Origin: Acanthaster planci
Taxonomy: Eukaryota
Assembly: GCF_001949145.1 (NCBI RefSeq)
Contig: NW_019091359.1
Location: forward strand, 2,182,540 to 2,246,539
Reading direction: 5' to 3'
DNA length: 64,000 nt
Shown here: piece after piece, positions 25,201 to 37,200 of the stretch
Position numbering within the stretch: the first letter of the stretch is position 1
How the letters are laid out: every line of letters starts with the position of its first letter
The notes under the pieces: generated by a model
Database searches by the model: none
What the model saw: only the letters and a program-made list of their open reading frames with translations
What the model was told of the DNA's origin: nothing
Program-made: the position numbers and the translations under genes

Positions 25201-28200
25201 GTTGTCATGTCGCAGCCATGGTGGTTCACATCCAGCCCTTAAACCACTGTTAGCATTTTGTGTGGCTATACAGCTGCCGTCTGCTTTGATTTGTTCAACA
25301 ATAAGTACAAAGAGAATTGCATAGAAACCAGCCCGTTGTTTGCTTGTGAACGCCATGTCAGTCATCATGCCTCTTGAGTCTTCTGATGGCACCGTTTCTC
25401 TTGAAAAACGATTAAGTATTGAGACAGTTTGAAGATTAGGAATGCCTAAGATGAAAGTGGCAGTCTGCCTTGCATGTAGGCATCCTCAGATCTGACTTAT
25501 ACCTGCCATTATAAGGCCAAGTTATTTGGCTGTAACTTGAAATCATGCCCTAGACAGTGGTTGTGACTGCAGCTACTTCCTATAGAGTCACGTGTGACTT
25601 CAAAAGCCACAGCCAAGTAATGTGGACATGGCATAAGATTACAACAGGTGCTGGTGACCATGGCAACAATGCGGCCAACTCATTAACTTCTAATGTCTTC
25701 AATAAGCTACGTACTTGTAACATACATGAAACCTACTGTACTGCCAAGGAAAGATATTGCCCTAGATAATGTGTAACTCTACATGTTGAACACAGGTTTT
25801 ATTGCTTTGCTAGAGCATTTTCGAAACGAGTGGATTCAGCTTGGACTTAGGTTTCGTTTTGAAGCAGCATTGGAAACCACATGTTCAAGTTCTGACTGGA
25901 ACCAGCGAAACCAAAGTCTAAGCCAAATCCACTCGTTTTAAAAATGCTCCTAGTGATACTAGTGAGATGGGGCATCTGTTTGCTGAGAAGTCTGAAAATT
26001 GTCTTGCTTTGTTTGCTGAAAAGTCTGAAAAGTTTCTGGCTTTGTGTGAAGGTACAGTATAGTTTTTCTCTTTGCTTTCTGTACAATATGAAGTCAGAAC
26101 CAAGCTCTGAGAGGTCTGTAACTTTAAGACAACTCAGTTAAAACATTTTGTTTTTAGGTTACGATGTGTCTAGATTTAGCACAGCTTGCTGTGTGTTCAT
26201 TTCCCAGTAAGAACCTCATATTTAAATGTTATAATTATACAAACTTCACTGATAAATACCCTCTAAACTTCATGTACATGTAATTAAAATAATATTAACT
26301 GTACAAATTTCTTCACATTGCCACTGCAAGGTCAAATTTCCTATTTTATCCCAAAATTATTAGTCTAAAGAAAATTAGAGAGTTACTAGCACTGCCATTG
26401 TGCATAATGGTTTTAAGTAAATCCTCATTTTACAAAATTCATTTTTTTTGGGGAGGGGGGTGAGATTTGCAACAAGCCAGTTTGGTATTTCAAGAAGCCA
26501 ATGGTTTTCAGGAACAAAGCATGTGCGTGAGTCAGCGTATGGCTGCGCTGATAGGACATGACGCTGATGTGGATGTACATGTAGCTGTTCCTGAATGGCC
26601 TTGTTTATGCACTGTTACAATTCCAACTAGCTCATTATCATTTTAAAGATAACGGAAGTAACACTATCGGCAAATTCACAAAAATGGGACTGCTAAATAA
26701 TCCTTGACTATCTTCCTTAAAAGAAAGTAGATGACAGCTGGTCAGTCTGTAAAATATTTCGGCTCAGAATGCAACTGATTTTGAGAAAACAGAAGTTTCA
26801 CTCTCTTTGCTAACAGTAGTCGGTTGACCATTAGTTGAAAGAGTGTTTCATTTTACACACCACATCCATTAATGGGTACCAGTTTTAATGGGTACCAGTT
26901 TCTGTGTGTGGTCTGCACAGATGTAGGAATCTGAATACATGGGCAATACCAAAAGCAGCTAGATCACCAAAAACATTATGATAAAGTGAGAATGTGGATC
27001 AGTTTGAAGTTAAATTTTTGTTTATGAACACAGAATTTCTTGACCCAAACATATTGCTATCTCACTGTTACTCTAAAGCAAAGTGGTATACTATAGTCTA
27101 GTCTGTTGACTGTGCATGCTTGGTTGACATGGCTGCTGAGCTGCGTGCTTTGTAAGAGGCTTAATTGTGTCAACAAAAGCTATGATTTCCAGACGTTAAA
27201 CCTTCCGTGTTTCCAGCTGTAATTTTCTCTGTGCCCATAACTATTAGTTAGGCGACTGAGAATAGGTTTTAGACTTGCAATTGACGACATGTAAACTGAT
27301 GTGAAAATGTGGTCATGATGTGGCGATGATTACACATGCACATGTATATGAAAGTATTCACATGTACATGTATGTGAACACTCAAGTCGACTGCAGTAAC
27401 ATCACTGCTCAATGAAGTCTTTTTGAATCCACAATGCTACATTGTCCAAGAATCACATTACTCCAAGGTACATTTACTGATTACACGTCCCCGCTCACCT
27501 GCAGACCCTCCCCTTGTGCATTGTTCGCGCGCTAAGAATACCCTGTAGTCCATGGATTGTTGCAAGACATAGCAAGATTATTTGACCATTAAAAAGGCAT
27601 TGTGGCTTTCACAATTTTTTTTCTGCACAGTGAACTCAAAACGTGAAACAAATCAGTGGAATGAGTCTGAGCAGCAGTAAACTCTGTACCTGCAATATTG
27701 GCCAGTCTTGTAAATTTTGAAGTAAAAAAAGCCGTTGTTTTCCCCCTTTACTTTTATGCCCAGATGCATAAAAGGTCAGGTTGTTCACATCATCAAATAA
27801 TTGATAAATCAACTCATTTCGTTTCCTGTGCCAGGATACTTACAATCTACCGCTAGTTTTTAGACATTTCACTTCAAAACTTGAATGGTGTTTTCCAAAA
27901 CACAGTGGATGTCATTCCAGTCACCATCCTGTAAAAGTGAACACAGAATTTTCCGTTTCTGAGAGGACTTGGCTCCATGCTGGACCATTTCCCAAAAGTA
28001 TTTTGTCTGCCATCCCACCCAGACAAACCACCTGTCTTGATTCTTGTCAATCAAACCAATCTTGAAGAATTTGGCTGCTTTGGTGTAAGTCAGGATAAAT
28101 TGGTTCTCCGCTTCACTGGTAACCGATGTCAAGTGAGTAGGCCTCCCAGGTTTGGAGACATTCTTGCAATAGGCCTCAGCGTAGTCAAAAGCTTCCCTGG

Positions 28201-31200
28201 TTTTTATGTATTTATAGTAGTTGTTGTCGTATTGCAGTCAGGGTGGTTCGCATCCAACCTTTGTCTTGTGCTTATCAATGCAGTTGCTCCCCACTTTGAT
28301 GTGATCAACAATTAACTACAGAAAACCTTTTCTTTACAAATGGCAGAAAGTACAAGAAAACACAGATCCACTACCCAGTACTGGAGGTGTATAAACAACC
28401 ATGCTTGACTCAAAGAGTGATTTTTATGCCATTTGATACAGAATCCTCCGTTACCTTTATGTGAAAATGAACCTCGTTTATACAGTTGCTAAAAATGCAC
28501 AGTTGTACTGCTGTGGTGTCCAATCTAACAGTAATCATATCATCACATGGCACTCCAACATCTTTTGAAAGACCTTTATACGTTTATCTGTGCTGAAAAT
28601 TTTGTATCTTTGGTCCTTACTAAAGAAAGAGTTCATTTGAAAGAAAAAATGTTTTTGAACCATTCATTCTATTGCAATTTTGTATGATGAATTGAGATTT
28701 CAAATAATTCTTCCATCATCTGATGGAATATATTGATTATCTTCTTGGGTCTTGTATAAATTTTAAAAAAATCTGCCTTGCAAATGCTGTACAATTTTGT
28801 AAGAATTTATAGAGCTGCAGTTACTTCAACCATTCCACATAAGAAATGACTCAGCAATGGCATTTGCACTTTACACATGTTAAAGATAAAATAAAATGTG
28901 AAACTAATGCAGAATAATTTGATTGCCACGCGATGGAATTCAAATCCCAATTTTACACATAAAGTAACGTTTAAGATAACAGAAGCCATCGTACCATCCA
29001 CTCGCCCTAACAGAGAGAACACAGTATTCTTTTTGAGAAGGGGCGCTTGGTTCTGATCCATGCCATTTCCGAAAAATGCTTTCATTGCCATCCACCCAAA
29101 CAAACCGTCTGTTACGATTCTCGTCAATCAATCCTATAAAGAAACTCTGAAAACCGGCAGAACTTGCATAGTTCAGGAGGAACTGGTTCTCCTCTTCACT
29201 GGTAACCGATGTCAAGTGAGCAGGCCTCCCAGGTTTGGAGAAATTCTGGCAGTAGGCCTCAGCGTCATGAAAAGATAACTCTTTTTTGACGTAAAGATAG
29301 CAGTGGTTGTCATATTGCAGCCAGGGTGGTTCACATCCAGCCTTTGATGTGTGCTCATCAACACAGTAGCTCCCCACTTTTATGTGATTTACAATTAACA
29401 ACAGGAGAACTACACACAAAATGGCCCATTGCATGGATAGGGAAGCCATTTTTGTCGCACTTCTCCCAGCGTACAAGTATAGTTGCAGTGAGACTTTTGG
29501 CCTGAAGACAAAAAAATTCCTAGATGAAATCTGTCCTTGCTTGTGCAGGGAGCCACAGATTTGATCCTGTTAATAACAGACATTGGTTGCCATAGCAACA
29601 GTCTGAACAATTCATGTGCTCCAATAATCTTTCATAATATACAAAACTGACAAAGAACACGCTTCCAATTTTCATGATCTTGACCATAACAATAATAATT
29701 CCTTTGTGCTAGAGCAATGATACTGTCCTCTGAAAACGGGCAGAACTTGCACAGTTCAGGAGGAACTGGTTCTCCTCTTCACTGGTAACCGATGTCAAGT
29801 GAGCAGGTCTCCCAGGTTTGGAGAAATTCTTGCAGCAGGCCTCAGCATTGTCAAAAGCTGCCCTGGCTTTATGTACAGATAGCGGTGGTTATCTTATTGC
29901 AGCCAGGGTGGTTCACATCCAGCCTTTGACGTGTGCTTATCGATGCAGTTGCTCCCCACTTTGATATGATCAACAATTAACAACAGGAGAATGGCACACA
30001 AAATGGGCCCATTGCATGGATAGTAAAGCCATTTCTGTCACACTTTTCCCAAACTTGCTGACAGCATACATGTACAAGTGTAGTTGCCCTAGGTTTCCCT
30101 CAAAATAAGTCAGAGGCAGCTGGCCTGAGGAGCAAATTCCCCTCAAGATACGTTGTTCAAAACAGTCAACCACAGTTTTGATTCATTTGAAAGCAGACAT
30201 TTGGTGGCCACGGCAACAGTCTTAGCAGTCTACACACTATTCATCATTTTCTATTATGGTAGAAAGCTGAACAATTGCTACAAATTATACTGCTCTAAAG
30301 CCAGTCAATCGAAAGCAACATGAAGGCCAGGCATTTCCAGTCAGCTCAACCTTTACACGTGTACGTGTACATTTTTTGCTTCCCAGCTTGACTAACGAAG
30401 GAAACAAATTAAGCACTGTAGGACTGTTTATGCTTCAGTAGCACTTCCAAGCAGAAGACCTTTTCATTTTGCCTACAGTTGGTATAGGCAGCAAAACTTT
30501 GCAGGAAAAAAACCACCTTTTTGTTAGGATTTTTTTGCCTCAAATTCATTCAAAATGTACATTTGGTAGATTTATTATGAAGAGGGTTGTATTTTCATGA
30601 AGCATTAGTGCATTGTTGGGTGTTTCATCGGCTACTTGGGATTTTCAACACTTAATTATTTCTTTACTTGGTAGTGACGGCCAGCCATAGTTTTAACTGC
30701 CACTCATTGGAATAATGCAGCTGTAATATGAAAATGCAGACCTACATTGTATACAGGTAATTCACTGATAATTGCTTGCACTGAATGGAACTGAAAATTG
30801 AACAGCTGCAGACCTGCCTGAGACAGGAAGGACTTATGATGTGGCCAGGCCACGGAGGCTGTAGCTTTGTTGAGTGTTACAATAACACACTTTCTTGGAA
30901 GATAGTTCAGGGCAAACGAAAAGAAGAATTCGGGTGGGAAGGCCCGGGCTTCACCTGACTTTTCATTGGCATAGCCACCAGTGTGTATCTTTCTGACTAT
31001 AAACATTCCTTTGTTTTGATGGCAACAATGATGCCTTTGATATGACACTTGAGTACACTGTATGTCCCCACAACAATTCTATGGAGGGCCGGAAATGTGT
31101 CTGTTGTAAAGTCTCTTTGGAATACTCTAGCAGTTTGCCAAAACAACCTTTGTCTCGTTAAGTTTTTTTCTTTCTCATACGCTTTATAAACAGGTTCTTG

Positions 31201-34200
31201 CTGGCACACCCTTTTGGCCATCCAAAAATAATCCATTTGGCTTTATCAGTGACAGACACGTAACCATTATGTGAAGATGGTCCTCGGAAAATGCTACAAC
31301 AATCATTAATGGGCGTGACATGGTGATGACATAATTAGCTTAACTTTTAGACAAGATGAGAGATGTCCTACCAGTGTATAGCAGGCACAAAGTGTTGAAT
31401 TGGCACCATAGGACAACCGTATGTGGCACAAATGGTGATCCTTGCACCACGTGGCAAAAATCAGCCCCACCACCTACATTGTAAGATTACACTGTACATA
31501 AATGGTTGCTGTCCACATGCTTGGCTACTGCAAAATCGCCTGAATCAGAGAAATCATTTAGCCACATGGTACTTTGATATCTTTTGATTAAACCCTAAAC
31601 ATGTTCATGGATATCCATCATCTAAGTTGCTAATTTTGTCCCTAAATTTCCTTAACAAAGCAATAGCTTATCTGGGAGGAACGTGTATTTTTCGAAACAT
31701 GGATTCTATTACAATGTGTAATGAATTGATTTTTCAAATATTCTTCTGTCATTTAATGGAATATATTTATCATGTTCTCAGATCTTGCTTAAATTGAAAA
31801 TGATCTGTGTGAAGAAAAATGCTAAATATTTTGGGAAAATTAGGGAGCTGCAGTTATTTCAACTCTTCCGCATCAGTAATGACTTATTGGAGTTGCACTT
31901 TATGCATTTCCAATGATTGATTTTGTAGACAGTAAATAAATAGCCCCTGGACAATTTGATTGCCGTGATGTGATTGTATTCAAATCCTAATTTCACTCAT
32001 AAAATAATATTTCAGGTAACAGTAAACATCAAACCATGGTTTCCATGAGAACACAGAGTTCTCCTCGAAAGAGGGGACTTGGGTCTTTTACGTACCATTT
32101 CAGAAAACCACTATTACTGCCATTCACCCAGACAAAGCCCTTATCATGATTCTGGTCAATCAAACCGGCAAAGAACCTCTGAAAACCAGCAGCCTGTATG
32201 TAATTCAGGAGGAACTGGGTCTCCTCTTCACTGGTAACTGATGTCAAGTGAGCAGGCTTACCAGGTTTAGAGAAATTCTGGCAGTAGGCCTCAGCATTGT
32301 GGAAAGATAACTCTTTTTTGACGTGAAGATACATGTAGCAGTGGTTGTCATATTGTAGCCAGGGTGGTTCACATCCAGCCTTTGATGTGTGCTTATCAAC
32401 ACAGTAGCTCCCCACTTTTATGTGATTAACAATTAACAACAGGAGAACTACACACAAAATGGCCCATTGCATGGATAGGGAAGCCATTTTTGTCGCACTT
32501 CTCCCAGCGTACAAGTATAGTTGCAGTGAGACTTTTGGCCTGAAGACAAAAAAATTCCCAGATGAAATCTGTTCTTGTACAGGGAGCCACAGATTTGATC
32601 CTGTTAATAACAGACATTGGTGGCCATAGCAACAGTCTCAACAGTTTATACGCTCCAATAATCATTCATAATATACCAAACTGATGAAGATCACGCTTCC
32701 AATTTTCTTGATCTTGACAATAACAATAATAATTCCTTTGTGCTGGAGCAATGATACTCTCCTTGATAGCAATAGGCAGCAGAGCTGAGTACCACCCCAT
32801 AACAAATCTATGGAGACTACAAGGAGACCAGGGAAAGTCAGCCGTTTTAATTTAAACTTTTTGAAGATTTTGCCATTTAAGATTTGTAAAGAATTTTTTA
32901 GACTCCTCCCTTAAACTTTGAAGACAATTGAGTCCAGACAGTCCTCAGTTCTTTAACTGTTTGAGGATTGGTAGCATCGTGCATCAAACCATGCACCACT
33001 ACCTCGTCCAAAATTAATGGAGAGTCAAAAATCATCTTCCCCACATGCATGTACATGTCCATGTCCAAGGTAAGAGAAAACTTACTTTTTCTGAGTCAAT
33101 GATTCAGTTGCTTTTTTTGAGATTTCACGTTGTTGAGTCATTATTTGATGGAATATTGTTATCATTTTCCTGGGTCTTGCCAAATTGAAAACCTGTGTTT
33201 TACGTTTTGTGGATTTCTTTTTTGTGCTGTGATTATTCCATCTCTTCTGTTTCATCAATGATTTGACGGAATTACTTTTATACATCTCATGTATTTCCAA
33301 GGAGTTTTGTGACAGCAAAGTTGAAAACAAACTAACAACTAATTATATAACGGGTTTGCCCTTACCCAATGTATATTAATAAGCACTGTATGCTCAGTGC
33401 GTGTCCGAGAGCTTGTGAAAACATCTTAACATCTCCCCAACGCAAAAATACATCTTAATAAAAAAGAAACTAACAACTGCTTGACAATTTGTTTGCCACA
33501 TGTAATAACATTCAAATCCTAATTTGACACATATAATAATAATATCGGTCACAGTAAACATCAAACCATGTACCCATGCTCTCCATTAGAACACAGAATT
33601 CTCCTTAAAAGAGAGGACTTGGTTCTGCTACATACCAGGTCAGAAAACTACTGTTACTGCCGTCCTCCCAGACAAAGCTCTTATCACGATTCTTGTGAAT
33701 CAAATCAATCAAAAACCTCTGAAAACCAGCAACTTGTGGGTACTTCAGAGGAACTGGTTCTCCTCTTTACGGATGCCAAGTGAGCAGGCCTCCCAGGATG
33801 ACAGACATTCTTACAGTAGGCCTCAGCGTCTTAAACTCTAACTCTGTTTTGATATAAAGATAGCAGTGGTTGTCGTATTGCAGCCAGGGTGGTTCACATC
33901 CAGCCTTTGATGTGTGTTTATCAATACAATAGCCCCCACTTTGATGTGATAAACAGTTAACAACAAGAGCATGGCCTGTTGCATGTCTTAGGAAGCCATT
34001 TCATTCCCAAATTTGGTGACGGCATGCACAATTACTGTTATCGAAGCTTTCTGTCAAAAACAATTCTAAAACAGTTAACCTGAAGACAAATTTCCCAGGT
34101 AAAATCTGTCTTCACGTATGCATGTAGTGAGCCACCGATTTGATGTTTATCGATGATGCAATTAATAGCAGGGATGTTGGTGGCCATGGAAACAGTCTCA

Positions 34201-37200
34201 GCAATTAATGTACCTCAGTAACCTTCCATAAATATACAAAACTGATGAGGATCACGCTGCCAATGTTCCCATTCTCTGTAACAAAAAAGTTTTATTTTAT
34301 TTGAGTAATGGTACTGTCCTTGATAGAAAAATGGTTAGGCAGTGGGGTTGAGTACTACAAAGAGGCCAAAAATGTCCGCTGTAAATTAATCTGTGTTGGA
34401 TGTTCTAGCAATTTACCGAAACAGCCTTTACTTTTGTTCAGATATTTCAATATAAAATGTGTGAGGATTTTTCAGACGCCTTCCACAGAATTCGTACATA
34501 CCTAAGATATTGGAGCTCATGTTAAATCTCCATTCAACTTTGATCGCTATTTGTGTGTGGTTAGGTTGCGAGAGGCATGCGATTGTAGCTTCCTGTACTG
34601 GCATCGGGTCGTTTTTCCTCTCTATCTGGCTGATAGGTTTGAGAATGCAGTCGACGCTCACAGGCTTCATGTAAGAACATATCCACTTCTTTTCAAACAA
34701 ACCTGAGGAATCTGACTCTGAAAGGGCCCACTCACAGCTGGGCGGAAGGGGCATATTTCGCATCCCTTCCCCTCCAGTTCTCAGCTGTCCAATGTTCGAT
34801 CTTCTGCAAACATCGCATGCATGTAGAGACATTCAATATAAATTCAAGCACAAAAGCCACGAATGGCCAAATTTTCATAAACTTGGTGTCACAATGATTG
34901 CAAGGAAAACCTCTGAATGCATCTCAGTGACGTCAGAGAAATTGTCAAGGGTATCTATTACTCCCCTTGGGCTCACCTGCAGTATGCTGACACTGAGTTG
35001 TGTAGATTCATACAATTAGGCAGTTCAAAACTCTAATGGGAGACTTTTAGAGGCTGGTGGCAGCAGACATATTGGTCCTTTGTCACAGTATTGCACATGC
35101 GCAGAACAATATGCGTTCTTGATTAGAACAATGCACACATGGTCAGAACTGATAAAATGGGCCGGTATATTTGCTGCCACCAAGTGTCTCAATGTCTCAC
35201 ATTCGAAGTTGTATGGCCGTCAGTGATTGTAAGCAGAGCTTCAATACAAACGTGGGTTATGAACAATAGTTTGGGTACTGGGTAATGTTAAACCCTACAG
35301 CATTTTTGAAAAGAGTGGATTCGGCTTAGACTTTGGTTGGTTCCAGCCATTTAGAAGCAGGGTTTGAAACTACTCATTCAAGCTCTGACTGGAACTAGCA
35401 AAACCGAATCTTAGCCGAATCCACTCATTTCATGCTGTAGACTTTGAGTAAGTGAATTTGTGCTGGTGTTGTGCAGAAAATTTTCAGGCCTTGTCAACAA
35501 TATCTTAAAAGTGTATTTCCACCGAGGTGGCATTTTATCAACTTGATTTTGAATTATGCCCTGTCTGATTGTGACTGTAATTGCAACTGGAACGTTCATG
35601 GAAAAGTATGGCATATTCAACAGGGCTTGAGGGTTTTGTGGTAGGCCTCTGTTTACTGACGCATCAGATGTTTGAAAACACCGCGCTGCAGTAGGAAGGA
35701 AGTTATTAAAAAAGCCAAGACAGATTTCTGTCATGCATTACAGCGTAGTTAGAATGCTGCTGATTCACGTCTGCGCTGTCTACCTCTCAGTCAAGTGTGA
35801 GGATTTGCCTCTTAAAAAAAAGTAACCGAAAGTACTTATGGTTAATTGAAACCCTTTTACTCTTGTCCAGTACATGTTCGGTGCGCTAGCAGACTGTGTA
35901 CCCCCAATTACCCAGTCCAAGCATCTGGAATCTCCACAACAACTTCTGGATTCCTTTGAGAAGGAAACCAATGCACAATTCAAAGAGGTAAGGAACAGGA
36001 AACCCCCCTCAACCCTCATGCCTCAACCCCCCTCCCCCCCGAAAAAAATGGTGCCAGCCACTTTGTAGTCTTATCACCACCACTTGTTCACACAACAGCC
36101 CCCCCAACCCAGGTTGAACTCAACCCTGGGTGAGCCTGTGGCCGCCCTGGGTTGAAAATTGGATTTTTTTAAACCTACATTCAATCCAGTATTTTTTCAC
36201 ACTTGTTTTTTGTGACTTGAGCTTATCAGAGTGAGTCAAACCTGGAAATGAGCACAAAAAATTTTCAACCCTGGTTGAAATTCTCAACCCTGGTCTGGAA
36301 AATTTTGAAGTGTGAATCCACCGCCAGTTTTTAACCCTTCAACCCTGCATCAACCGCGAGATTCGTCCAGTGTGACAAGGCCTTACCTGGGGCGCGATGC
36401 CCCTTGGAATTTGAATACAAAGAATGCTACTTAATTTTTTTTTTGCACTGGAGGATTGCTGGAAAGTTTTTTTGCAAAAACGTTCACAGAGGTAGGATTG
36501 AGGAGATAAATATGTTGCCCCTTTTCAGATTTGGGGGGTGCACCTGACTTGTGTAGAATGTGGCTCAGTCCAAATCATTTGTCTTGAGCTTGGTCTAGCT
36601 CTTTACCCTGTGCCGGCGCAAGGATTTACTCTGACAGTAGATGCAGCCGTAGCTCACAGACTTCCATTTAAGACACTGCCTGTTTTAACGCATAAATTTT
36701 ATTACTTTGTCAGCACCTGCTGGATCCACTGTGCCGTGGAGTCGAGACAGACCTCAGATTGTCCATTCACAACCATCTTCAGCTGGACAGTCGTAACCCC
36801 TTCCGAGTCCCCCTGCAGGACGTGTCTCACTTCATCAAGATGAGACCTATACGATTCTTCAACAACTTTCTGGACATCAAAGGTTCATTTCATCAAAAAT
36901 TTTCAAACCTGTTAAAACCCAAACCTTAATTCAGGACACGACATGTTTCCATTCGCCTTATTCCCCAAAATGTATGTTACTTTAAATTTGCTCACATGAA
37001 GTGCAAACTCTCCTTTAGCCCTTGAATCATTCCTTAGTGCATCCAAGCTATTAGTCTACTGATTTGCAGAGTCAATTAGAGAAGTGGTTTTTACTTTGAA
37101 AATTTCAGATGTAAAAATCTCCAGTCGGACAGAACTGAAAAGAAAGTGTCAAATTTTACTGCAAATTTCAAAAATGCCATGTTTTCAAATGTGCTACCTT

